DNA of 64,000 bases from Ramazzottius varieornatus (Eukaryota > Animalia > Tardigrada): positions 3,365,324 to 3,429,323 of the forward strand of contig BDGG01000001.1 in assembly GCA_001949185.1 (NCBI GenBank), in the 5' to 3' direction. The notes beneath the pieces are model-generated. The model had not been told where the DNA came from, made no database searches, and worked only from the letters and a program-made list of their open reading frames with translations. Shown here one piece after another: positions 49,201 through 61,391 of this stretch (positions within the stretch are counted from its first letter, which is position 1; the number at the start of each line of letters is the position of its first letter). Made by a program: the position numbers and the translations under genes.

Positions 49201-51947
49201 CAACCAGCGTAGCCAACCAATCCCATTATAAAGCGCTTACCACAGCTACTGTCCAAAAGAGGCTAGTAACTTTCAACCCAGCTTCCGGCTGCGACATCAG
49301 ACATCTCGAACATAAACTCTCTTTGTATCACTGGCTACTCCGTGAAAACTTTCCACTGTCAGAATGCAGTTTCTGGCTTCGTTTGGTATGAGAAAAGTGA
49401 GAGGTGGACCGTGGATGGAAAAAGGGACATCTCAACTCATCCTGCAGGGATTAGTTCCCATGCTGCTCCACTATGTCGTTCTCGAAAACTGGCTTCTCAC
49501 CGCTCAGCAGCTCTTGAGACCTTCCCAATGTTTTCATCGCCCGCAGCGGCTTCTCCATATAATGTAAACAGTACAGCTAAGGGAAGTCTTCGATACAGCT
49601 AAGGGAAGTCTTCGAAACCAAACGCGCCGTACGAGTTCTCAAATTACAACAGTCAGGGGGTAGCTAACCCAGTTGCCAATAATTCATTTTCGAACGCCAG
49701 TTGATCAAAATCAAGTAAGTCACTACGTGGTTGCTCATAATACCGTCTACCACACCAAGTAGCTTTTCTGCGTGTTCACAAAGTCTACGTTGTTCTTCAT
49801 AACGACCTCGTCACTCACAACGACCCAGTCGAGAAAATGAACACGGCCTGACACTCAGGCACCTTTTATTTAGTAGTATCTTACTAAGTTGTTATCAAGA
49901 TTACGAAAAACCTTTGTTTATAAAGGCGATTATGAAAAACCCAAAGGCGGGTATCAATAGATCATAACAACCCAAGAGGCGTTCACAAAGTCCAAAAATC
50001 ATGAATGAGTCATATCTACTTGATTTCGATTAACCTAGTCGCAAACTACGTTGACTTTATGAAGGCATCAAGTGAATAACTAGCGAAGTTTGTAATCCCC
50101 ATTATAAACTGCCTACCTGACCTACTAGCCAAAACAGGTTAGTAAGTTCTCCTACCCAACTTCGGATCCCTCGTTCAGAAGTAAGCTGCGACATCAGAAA
50201 TTTTGTGAGAAAATTTATTTTCGCTTTTTTAAATCTTCACTGACCAAGTAACGGTCTTAACTTCGGCAAAGATACAGAAGGCGACAGGTTCGCGAGCGGG
50301 ACGTTATGGCCAGCATGTACGTGGTAGTCTGACAGGATCATCATCAACCTCGCGGCCCTGCGCATTCTGGAGACGATTCCTCATCAGAACCGTTTAGTCT
50401 GACCTGCGACATCCTCGATGTCATAGGCAAAGCTGCAGATCCATTACGGATGACTGTATGCGATCTAGGTCTAGCAACACATGAAGGACAGTTTGTCGCA
50501 GAAGTTTAATACAACAAAGGCAAACATTTTGAAAATTAGCAGGTAGTCAACTCTAGTTAATAACCGAGACTTTATGAACGCTGGTTTTCCGAAATCAAGT
50601 AAGTTGTGTCTGGTTGTTCGTAATTCCGTCTACCACACCAACTAGCTTTTTCGCGCGTTCGCAAAGTCCACGTAGTTATTTATAACAACGTGGTCATTGA
50701 TAACAACCTAGTGAACTAAATGTAAGGTGCCTCATTATCTGCTAATACGATCTTTTTCCCCAGGTTGTGATATCAATCCACGAGCCATATCATCGAGAAT
50801 AATCGGAGGAACTTGGTGGTTCTATACGCTATTCCTGAGTAACCATTTCGTTGCGAAACTCGGTACAGTAAATATTTGCTGTAAATGGTTCTTGCGCTGT
50901 CAGGATGATCTGTACGTTTTACAGCCTCGGTTTTGACGGTGGAAAAGATGTCGGTGCCGTTTGCGACGGTGGACGAGCTCGTTCAACATCCGGAAATCAA
51001 ATACGGGTTTTTGTCTCATGGGTCGACATTCGAGTTCTTCCGGGTATGAAAGACTCTACACAGTAACCTAACCATTGATACACAGTATGTTATGGCGTTA
51101 TAGCTACCTGTTGTAGGATTCGAAGATTCCGATTTATCACGACATGTTTGTTCGAGTGAATAGCAGTTTCCCACCAGTGACCACACAGTCGTCGCTGGAA
51201 GGGATACAGCGGGTGATGAACGACAAGTACGCATACCTGATGGAATCAACCGAGATCGAGTACCTGGTCGAGCGTAACTGCAACGTCACCCAGATCGGTG
51301 GGACGCTGAACACCATCCAGTACGGTATAGGCACACCGAATGACTCTCCCTGGACCGAAAAGCTTTCCATGGCTATTCTGTACCTTGTTGAGAGTTCGGA
51401 CATTGCTGAAATGCAGCAAGAATGGTGGAAACGAGGAAGTGTCTGTGCCAAGGAAGAAAAGTCCACTGGGCCTTCTGCTATCAGTAATCGTAGTCCCCCC
51501 CCCCCCTTGTAATCCATGTGAGAACCTTCGATACTGACGGAAGCGTTTCTTTGTAGATAGTACTTTGGTCGGAGGTACCTTTCTCATACTCATAGTCGGT
51601 CTCGTTCTGGCAGTGTTGGCGGCTATCATTGAATTCGTGTGGAATGCACTCCATAACGCCCGGATCGACAAGGTACAATAAATAAGTGTATTCCGCGCCT
51701 CTTCTTGCATGCTTATGGTTGATACTGTACATGTTGGTCTTTCTAGACTGCACTGTGGAAGGAACTGACTTTAGAGCTGCGGTACGCTCTTCGATTTGGA
51801 GCGTCAGCTACGCGTCCGGTTCTACAGAAATTTTGCCGGACCTGTGGCGCAAGGACTCACTCGTTGGCTGCTGCTCAAATGCACGAACACAAAGATTACA
51901 CCCCGATGCTGTTTCTGGACGCTACTATTGACCCCCGAAATAAATAA
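46218..51947 (+). CDS. Ionotropic glutamate receptor, non-NMDA (kainate-like architecture) with atypical M3 gate
   Basis: ATD; S1 WSGMVAEIL..KADLAVAAFTLTAQREAVISFTKPFM; M2 NSFWFAMCSLMMQGCD; S2 GSTFEFFR and YAYLMESTEIEY; M4 VGGTFLILIVGL; C-tail ELRYALRF. Probable GC-AG intron 47307-47377. Confidence 0.92.
48986..49848. mobile_element. PIF/Harbinger-type (Tourist-like) MITE, 863 bp
   Basis: Perfect 14-bp TIR ggccgtgttcattt / aaatgaacacggcc, 3-bp TSD TGA on both sides. Confidence 0.85.
49858..50731. mobile_element. PIF/Harbinger-type MITE, 874 bp, related to the adjacent one
   Basis: TIR ggcaccttttattta / taaatgtaaggtgcc, 3-bp TSD TCA on both sides; subterminal regions homologous to 48986-49848. 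Confidence 0.85.
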
Positions 51948-52160
51948 CGGCCAACTTTTACGCAGAAAAAACACAAGAGCAATAGTCGTTATGGCGAAGA
52001 TTCGATAATTAAACACCGTTAAACACTAACCGTATGTAGTGAGTGCCAGAATTTTTTTGTAGGTATGATACATAGTAAAAATAGAAGTTCACTGAAAGAC
52101 AACGGTGCCGAGAGTCAGCGTTTGAAATGCAAACAGTGCTGTTATAGGTATGCCTATTGT

Positions 52161-54061
52161 TCACTCAAGAACTGAAGGACACGAACCATCTCGCGGTATT
52201 GCGCGCATCAGATATGGATGAGGCGTTAGAGCTGCAAAAACTTCATTGAGTTTCAGGGTTTAGTAGGGAGAGGCGAAAGAGCTAGCTCATCTCACCTTCG
52301 CCATCGATGGGATCCATACAAGGTATCTCACCGCTCTCCGAGTGTATTGTGAACTTTTGAAGTATCGAGGCAAAGAACACAAAGATTTCGTGCCGGGCGA
52401 GTCCTTCACCGGGACACGCTCGTTTGCCCACCGAGAACGGCGCGATGTTCTCTGTTAAGGAATGGTCCACTCTTCCATCGGCTTTTAACAACCGTTCAGG
52501 CTTGAAAGCATCCCGGTCTTCCCAGAGCTTGGGGTCTCGCATACAATACCAGCTTAGACCAAAGACTGTAGTTTCTTTGGGTATGCTGTATCCTTCAAAC
52601 TCGACATCTTCCGTTGTCTTGTGCGGCATTAAAAAGGGACTGAAGAGGTAAGATTCGTAAGAAACCATGAAAGTCAGGAAATTATAGAGGTACAATTTTA
52701 CCCAAAATTGGCACATCGGAATATCTCGTGTATCGTGGCATCTGTATACGGAAGATTTATTTTGTCGGCGAACATTATGACTTTATGCGGTCCGCACACC
52801 TCATCGATCTCCGCCTGTACTTTGCGCTGTACTTCGGGGTAACGGATCATATACAGCATCGCCCATTGAAGCAAGATGGTTGTTGATTGAAACCCAGCTA
52901 TGGAAGAAGTTTAAACAGTGTTGGTTAAGGCACCCTTACGGTAGGTGGAAGGCGTCGAGCCCTTACCGGCATAAAGATCATACACATTCCGGACGAGTTG
53001 CTCCCCCGTGAAAATCCCTTCCTTGTCGGTCTCCTGTACTTTCAGAAACGCGTCGATGTAGTCTCGTGGGTTCTCTCGATCGAATGTGCTCTTGTGTTGC
53101 GCGACAAGTTCGTCCATAATTTTGAAGATTTTGTGGAAGCGGTTTTGGGTATCTTGAAAGCCACGTCTGAATGGCGGCACAAAGCGCAGCCAGGGGAAAA
53201 AGTCCAGCGTTGAGGCGTTACCCAGCTCTTGGAAGTTCAGCGCGATAATGTCCGCGCACTCGGTGAATCGTGGATCGTTGCACTGGAAGTCCGTGCTGAA
53301 GAGCAGGTAGGACATGATGTTCCCGACTGGTAAAGGAAGCACCATTTCGTAGATAAAGCTCAATATGGGGTATGCAGCATGGACACCTTACGTACATGCG
53401 TTGCAAAAGAACATGCGGTTGTCGATGGGCTTTCCTGCGGTTTGGCGAAAGGCCTCCAGGCCTTTATCGATCTCGTGGTAGATGTACTCTTCGACAATTG
53501 CTTTTCCAAATCCTGGTGGAAAACCCAGATACCATTCGATACCACACCCGAAAACTGTACTAGTTTGACGGGAAACGACCTACCGAATTCCCGAAGAGCC
53601 TGGATCGAAAAGTGGCGCTGTTCTTTCCATAAGTTGCCCTCTGACAGGACGGGACCTACAAAAAGCAAAAGTTTGAGCAGCGAATCTTTTTTTGTAGATC
53701 AGGGAGAGTATTCCACCGTACCGTTCTCGACCTTAACGCCCAGGTAGTGATCCGTTACTTTGGGTCGCCCCGCAAACCGAAGATCCCGGAAAGCTTTTCT
53801 GACCGAGTTGATGTCAGAAATGACCACAGTCAGGTCCGCTCCAAGATAACATGAATACAGTCCGCCGTACTTCTCGGCGAATTTCTCGAATGTGCGGAAT
53901 GGTTGAGTATGGTCGATCCCGATGGTACCCACCACCGGTAAAGGGAAAGGTCCCGGTGGCAGACGCCCACTGAAATACTGTGCAAGGATCGGCAGGTATT
54001 GATAGCAGATGGCAGCCACCAGCAGTATCGCAGCCACCGCGACTGCATACAAAAGACCCAT
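52161..54061 (-). CDS. Cytochrome P450, clan 2 (CYP2-like), multi-exon
   Basis: N-terminal anchor and LPPGPFPLPVVG, WKEQR, PRDYIDAFL, EIFR (ExxR), FKPERLL, heme motif FSVGKRACPG; last exon ALTPHPYLMRAIPR...*. Confidence 0.93.
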
Positions 54062-55390
54062 GAAAACTTTACCGCCGATGTTACTTAATAACACAAGAGT
54101 CGAGGGAAAGACCGCCGGAAGTCTCATTGTGGTGTCGGGTTCTTCCGTGTTGGGTTCGTTGCCGAACTTCCGGTTAGACGGAAGCCAGCTCGGTAGCGGA
54201 CTCGAAGGAGTTTTCGAAGATCCTCCACAGTCGTTTACGGTATTTCCGAGTATCAAGGAACCGTTCTTGCTGTTTCCAGACAAGGATATAGAAAGGTAAG
54301 ATCGATCAAGCCATGTCACCAACAGGAACACAGACAGGGATGCTCGGATCATCGTGCAACGATGTGACAAAAGACCTTGGGGAATATTCTTTTGGCGATG
54401 AGGAACAAACAGAAACTCGGTTAGAAGAGCCTGGAAGGAGAAAAAGTCTAAGAATGATACTCGGAAAATTTGGAAGTCGTTGGACAAACATTCAGCTGTC
54501 CATCCATAATATTCACACGTACGGGTAGCATATGCCAGTTCCTTCTTATACATAAAGTCAAACTCTTCATCGCCAAAAGCATATCCAGAGGCTTATTTTC
54601 TCGGTAGTATCAGTGGCAGATACTGTTCGTTCGCCCATCAAGAGTGACAGAAAAGTTTGAACCAACGCTTCATAAGATGGAATTTCCACCATCTTGTCGA
54701 TAGCCTTCTGTCGTCCTTATGAAAATCGATGGTCTCACCGCGAGGCTCGAACGATAAACCACTCACTCAGGCGGCTCTATTGGTGCGAACGGCCTCGTCC
54801 CGCCCATCACGATGATGTCACTTTTTCGGGCATGTTTCCGTTCAACAAATCAATCGAACGCACGCTCGTGCTAAGTGTCCCGCTGACAGTGACTGACCAG
54901 TGGACTTTGCACTAATGTCCGATCAGCTGATCCGAACAACCGACAAGACTCTGTCTGGTCACTGGGAAGTCGCCTACCCGCATCGAAACGATACTCTTTC
55001 TTGACACCCACCAGTGGATCTTTGCGAACCGTGGACAAAAACTGCAGATACAAAGTTGAGTCTCTCAACCCCAGGGCTATTATCAGCAGTCTTCGGGCGT
55101 TTACGAATGCGTAAACAATCCTTCTGTTGAAGCATACTCTTGAGTTTGCTTCCAGCTACCGTACAATGGGATAAATACGGTCTTCATCCATGAGTTATTG
55201 ACATCGAATCACCAAGATCCCGTTCGGAGAGCAGTGGATGGAGCTCCATTCCATACCTAAGTGCGGCCACTCTGAAGCGCATTCTTCCGACCATAAGCGG
55301 TGCAGATGCCGTCATCAGAACTCGTATTGATTTCTCACACTAATCCGGTGGCGCAGTAAGTTTCACGCACTGCCGTCCAGAATCTAAGCT

Positions 55391-57902
55391 ATGGAGACGA
55401 AGAATCGCATCACCACATGGATTCGACAAAGATCGGTGTCGGAAGCAGCAAGGTCAGCTCACTTTTCACAGCGTGTGCGTCCCATCGCAGTGACTGCATG
55501 TGCGATCTTAGCCTCCACCCGGTCCTCCTGTCATCTGTTTTGCAGGTCTATTTTGCTGCAGCAAGAAGCGCCGCTTATCGCAAAAATACCAGAAAAACTG
55601 CCGCATCGGAGAAAACTCCACATTCTCGTGATCACTTCGATGGCTGTATTCTCGGCAAATGTGGCTGTGGGTATGATGCCGATGCTGATTCCCATCGAGG
55701 TAAACGCATTCAGCTGCGCTCTTCGATTCGTATACCTGCTTCTTGCGCGTCGATAGGCTGAGCTAAACAACTTTCGATTGTTACAGATAACGGCTAAACA
55801 TTTCGCGTATTCCTGGACCGGCATACTGTTCCTGATCTATGGTGTAGTGGTGTTCGCCTGCGAGCTGCTGCAGGCCAAAATAGTAGGCCGTATAGGCTAC
55901 ACCCGTCATGTGGTCCCACAGTTTGATTTGATGTTGTCATTCCACCGTCCTAAATTTTTTCCTCGCTAGGTTCCGACGATCGGCACGAAACGAACTTTCG
56001 TGTTCAGTGCGGCGATGCTAGGCATTTGTGATATCGCATTTGGGTAAGCACAACCCGTCCACCGGAAGCTTGTTTCGATAGAGCATCTTCCCTGATGCAC
56101 GATATAATAAGATTGTTTCCGTTTTTTGCTGTAGGCTCCTAGGCTTTGCTGACAAGCAACAGGTCTTCGGTGTGGTGGGCTGTATAATTCGCGGAGTAGA
56201 AGCATTTTGCTATGCGGGTATTTTAGCCAGTCCGAGATTGCTGCTACTCATAAGACAAGAATGTAAAAGCTTTGGTTCTAGGTTTGATGAATTCAACCTT
56301 GGCGCTCTTATGTCTAAGCATCCCGGACAAAGCAATCCTCGGAGTTGTAAGTCCATGATACCGCAGCCCGTTGAATGCCAGCTAGTAGTGGCGCGGTAAC
56401 ATGTCGGGATGAATGGATGATGGTCATAGGGTCTAGTGGATTCGATGATTGGGCTTGGATACGCTGGAGGGCCTCTCATCGCGGGTGCGTTGTACAATGT
56501 GCGTGCCTTTCAACCTGACTTCTGCAGTCCTGGTACTTTTAACACATAATATTATGAGACTTCGAATTCGAATGATATTGCAGGTTTCCGGATACACGGC
56601 TCCATTTTGCCTACTGGGCGGGTTCCTTATTCTGGTTGCCATATGGGGACAGTTCGGCCTTCTGCAAGTCGAAGGTACATATTCAATTTTCGCAGTGAGA
56701 ATTCCCTTCCATATTTGAACCTAGTACTAGATTCTGATCGGCAGGAGGGATCAATCGTCCGGGGTTCGCTTCAATGAAGCGCCTGTACCTCGACCTACTG
56801 TTCGCGGCGTGTGTGGTCGTCGTTTTCGCTATGGGCATCGTGGTTGGGTTCCTGGAAGCCACGCTAGAAGTCTACCTGTCTAAGGTAATAACCTAAGATT
56901 CGAAGGAGATACAGAAATCGACCATTTACATTTGCCTTCTAGTTCGGTATAGGGGTGGTCGAAGAGGGCTCCATCTTTCTCATCGGATGGGCAGTCGCCG
57001 CGGTGTCCTCGCCCATATGGAGCTTTGTTATGAACAAGTGGGGACATGACTACGTGTTCCTCATAGCTGGTCCTTTCCTGGAAGCCATCGTCTTTGTCTT
57101 TTTCGGACCATTTCCGGGTCTGAAGGCACTTCTCAGTCACATCGGTCTCTCGGTTTTCTGCTTCATATTACTAGCCGTGGGAACTGCCATGGGGCTTATA
57201 GCTGCGATGAACATCATGCTCCGCAGAGCAGAGTGATTAACCTCAAAAACTTTTAGAAACATGGAACACTTTGTAGCCTAACTAAGTTGCTTACGGTGTC
57301 TTTGGCTTTACAGGAAATTCGGCATGTCAAACGATATCAACACTTACGCATTCCTATCCGCGGTCTGGCTCGCGACACTCTACTTAGGGTATTCTTGATG
57401 AAACCCACAGGAGCTGCGCCGACGGCAACTGCATTGAACATGATCGTTCTCTCAAGTGGCGCACGGCCCTGCTATTATTGGCTGAACGATTGCGCCACAT
57501 GAGAAAACGATAATGTCATGTTTAATATTTCCAGACGTCCAGTGAATTTTTTAATTTTTCTGTGACGTTATAACTTGATCGATTCAAACATGAATGGTTT
57601 CATCACAGTTTCAAGAGAAAGAAAAATAATTGATTTCTTTCAGGGAGGCAATTGGAGGTATCGTCAGCGGTAGCGTCCTGACCGACCACACCTACAAAGC
57701 GATTACAGTCCTTCTGATCAGTTTCGAATTGCTGCTGGGTACCATTGCCATTATCCTGCTGTCCATTGCACGGTGGAAAAGGCATCGAAGGCAAATAGTG
57801 GCCCGAGACCTTGAACCTAAAGTGATCTGCAGCGAACTGAAGGCTGGCACTGGAACTCGGTCACAGGGCTATGGAAGCTTCACCGAGGCTCCTCAAAATT
57901 AA
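55391..57902 (+). CDS. MFS transporter, SLC18B1-like, multi-exon
   Basis: Multiple TM exons; IIRGVEAF, GLGYAGGPLIAGALYNVSGYTAPF, FLEATLE, FVFFGPFP. Confidence 0.75.
57404..57544. repeat. Fold-back repeat copy in last MFS intron
   Basis: atcgttctctcaagtggcgca...ctattattggctgaacgat...tgcgccacatgagaaaacgat. Confidence 0.8.
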
Positions 57903-58251
57903 CTGCAATGCTGCAACACGATTTTAGGAAGCTTTGCTCAGTGGGTTACAGATCTTCTCTGTGTTGAAGGAACATTTATGTGCTTTTTCGTGAGGATGAA
58001 GAGATAATGTTATCCATGACTGACTTAATGAAGAAATCTGCCGGTTGACTTATAGCAGAAACACTCAGCGTGGGCGTGACTTCGTTAACATTCCTTCCGG
58101 CGATCGAGGCAGAAGTTTTTTATCAGCGTTCCACATCGAAAACGTTGTCAGCAGTCAGCAAAGCGCACTCACGCACAAAGCACAACTACAGGTTTCAGTT
58201 AGCCTTCAGACGACAGCAGCACTCAGCTGTTGGAACACAACAGGCCTTGGA

Positions 58252-59304
58252 ATGGATCCGTTTGCTGGGATATTCCCGGTGCCGGTACCCGCGCCAAACA
58301 TTTACCGATCCCTGAAGACCATTGGCGTTCTTGGGGTGGTGGAAACTGTTGTGGCACTGGTTGCGTTCGGCTTCGAAGTCACGGGTAAGCTGAAACTGCG
58401 TGCCGTATTTTCGTATTTCCCGACTCTACGCTATTAATCTGTGAGGGTCCGTTTTCGTCCGCGTAGGCCTCGTTTTCAATGACGAAACGTATGGAAACCA
58501 CAACACCTACCACCGAAGTCTCTGCATCTTTGGCATGTGCGCTGCTCTGTCCGCAGCCTTTGCAGGAATATGGGGTTTCTTATCGCAGTTGGAACGGGTC
58601 CGGCCTCGAGCTCGACACTGCATGTTCTTGCTTGGTATACTATGGACCTTCTTCTGTGGAGCGCTAAGCTACGGCTTGATGATCCACTCCATCGACGCTG
58701 CTCGAACGGCTCTGAAAACCCGGAAGAACTTTGGTATGCAATCGTCACATGCATAGCTTTGCAAGCCTTTATTTTACTCGTGAAACCCTTGGGCATCAGT
58801 GTCATTGCTGTTCGTCTCTCCAGAGCCCTCATCGACCACAAGACGACCCTTTATGGAAGCCGAGTTCCACGTCACCAACGCAGTTAATACGGTTTCTCCG
58901 CCCGTTGGAGAAGATACGGTGTTGGCGGAAATACGTTGTGGAGCTGCCTTGGCATATGCGGCTCTCGGATGCCTATTCCTGTCGTCCTTCCTGTTGAACT
59001 GTCACAACCTACGACGAATCATGAAGCATGGACACACCTGCTTCCCGAAATTCCGATATCCTTGGATGAGCAGACACTGGTCCACCAACTCGACGTACAT
59101 TCCAACAAAGAGATCCATGTCCAACTCTTTAAAGACGGTAGGCTGTCTGGTACTACTTTGCCTGCGTTTACCTGTCTGCTGTTTTGTACCATTATTGTCT
59201 TGCAGGATCCCGGCAGCCCGGTCATCCAGATCGACAAATATGGGTCTTTGTGGTTGCTGTCGAATGCACCAGCAGACCCGGATAACGCTGGTGCTCAGGC
59301 GTGA
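58252..59304 (+). CDS. Uncharacterised four-transmembrane protein, 4 exons
   Basis: Phase-consistent GT-AG exons give four hydrophobic segments (IGVLGVVETVVALVAFGF; IFGMCAALSAAFAGIWGFL; FLLGILWTFFCGALSYGLMI; AALAYAALGCLFLSSFLL). Confidence 0.65.
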
Positions 59305-59829
59305 CCAACGGCGCCCTGTACTGCTGGCTGCAAGATATCACCGCCCAACTCACAGTTCCTTCAATGCCTCAAGCTTGTTTGTTCATGACGGCATCTGCAC
59401 ATTAGCTTTTTTGTTTCCATAGAATAACCGCACTGTTAGCGTTCGGATTCTTCACATTTTGGAGATGGGAATAACGACGTTTGAGAATTTTGGAGATGAG
59501 AATTCGATGAGCTCCGGCGCTTGGCTAAATTCCGACCTGTTGCGCTACCTGCTGAGCGTGTTCGATCAGGAAAAGTTGCTAAGGGTTTAGTCTGGCTATC
59601 TTGTCGTTTACTTCAAGGCCTGTCGTGTTTTACTCCCGTGAAAGTCTGTCGAATATGGAAATATTTTCTCACAGTACTACGTAAAGTCAAGCTTTATAAT
59701 CAGTCTGGATAGCGTAGAATAGTCAGGGCCTGGACGATGGCGACGGAACGCTCTTTGGTAGACTGAGGTCTTCGTAGTACGTGTAACATATGACATTGTT
59801 ATCTCTGTTGCTGGATCCTGGGTACCGTG

Positions 59830-61391
59830 ATGGCTAAACCTGAACCTTCAACCTCTCCGCCACCCGACGAGCTGTTGGGAGCGTTTGTCGGTGATACCTA
59901 CTTGATCGGCCATGTCATTGGGAAAGGTAGGTAGAAAGCAGACTTCGCTATCTGGTCATGTACAATGATGTGACATTTCGTTTTAAAGGAAGCTTTGGAT
60001 CTATCAGGCTATGCAATGCCGGTCGTCCCAAGCACTTCGTTGTGGCCAAGGTGGAAGTGAAGCGAGCTCACAAGCGAAGCCGACTGTACGATGAATTCAA
60101 CATGTTACAGATCGTTGCTGGCGGACTTGGTTTTCCCAAGGTTTGTACAAAAAGCATTTGGAGTGACCGTCCTCCGGAGCCATAATTAGTTTTCGAATTG
60201 AAACCGAATGGCTTCGAAATACTTACCCTTTTTAGGTTTATTATTACAGCAGTCTATTGGGTCACAACTTGATGGTATTGGAGATGCTGGGACCCAACCT
60301 TGACGAACTGATGCTGCGGTGCGGAGGTGTATTCTCAGTTCGGACAGTAGCCTTGATCGGCCTCCAACTGATGGATCGCATCGAGTTCTTACATAGCCAC
60401 GGAATTCTATACCGCGACATCAAGGGCGAAAATCTCCTGATCGGACTCTTCGACCACCACAATCGGGTTTATCTCGTGGACTTTGGACTATGCAAGAACG
60501 TACTGAAAGAAGACGGTGTCAACTACACTCCCGTCGGGACGCCTAGGTACTTCAGAGGTGACTGTAAAATACCGATCTAGAACCCGTCAAAATACGGGGA
60601 CGGGAGCAGATGGTTAAATTGGATCGTTTTCCGAAGTGGCGCACATCTTCGGGTAACAGCAATAGAAACGTGCGCCAATTGGGATAAATCTCTTGGTTTA
60701 ATTGATCTGCCCACGGCCCTTATGGTACGTTGAAGAATTAACAAAAATATTGCTTAGGTACATGAGTCTGAGGACACACGAAGGAAAAGCTTCGACATAT
60801 CGCGATGACGTGGAATCGATTGGCTACCTGTTGATCTACTTCTGCCTGGGTCGCTTGCCATGGCAAGGTCTACCAGCAGCAAGCACCAACAGCAAGATTG
60901 CCATTATTGCGCAAAAAAAGATGGCGACATCCCTGGAAGAACTGTGCAAGGGACTCCCGGTTCAGTTGATCTATTACTTTGAAGCAGCTCGGAAGTTAGA
61001 GTTCAACGAGTTCCCCAATTACAACTACTTCAGGCAGCTCCTGAGGATCATATGCAAGAATTTCAACGCAGACGGCGACCGGTATCTGTACGACTGGCAG
61101 CGACCCGGAATAAAACTGACGGTGTTCCCCAAAATTAGTCAACCTACAGCCATTAGTCAGAAGCATGACGTAATGGAACAGAATGTGGTGGACCTTCGAC
61201 CGGCTTCGAGAGAATGGAGGTCGGCGTTCGCTGGAAGGCCGCATGGTGATGGGGTTGCCAGCTCAAGCAGAAAAATGAGGAAGGGTTCGCTGGGTGTTTT
61301 GGCGGACGCTGTCGGTTCGACGTCGTCCAGTTTATTTTCGCAACCACGGCAGACGTCTTTATTGAGCAAGAAAAAGTTTACCCGTTTCTGA
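59830..61391 (+). CDS. Divergent casein kinase 1 family kinase, 4 exons
   Basis: IGKGSFG, VAKVE, EMLGPNLDEL, YRDIKGEN, DFG, RDDVESIGYLLIYF..GRLPWQGL. Confidence 0.9.
60592..60723. repeat. Fold-back repeat copy in CK1 intron
   Basis: gatcgttttccgaagtggcgcac...caatagaaacgtgcgccaattggga with outer arms gcagat...ttaaa / tttaa...atctgc. Confidence 0.75.
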
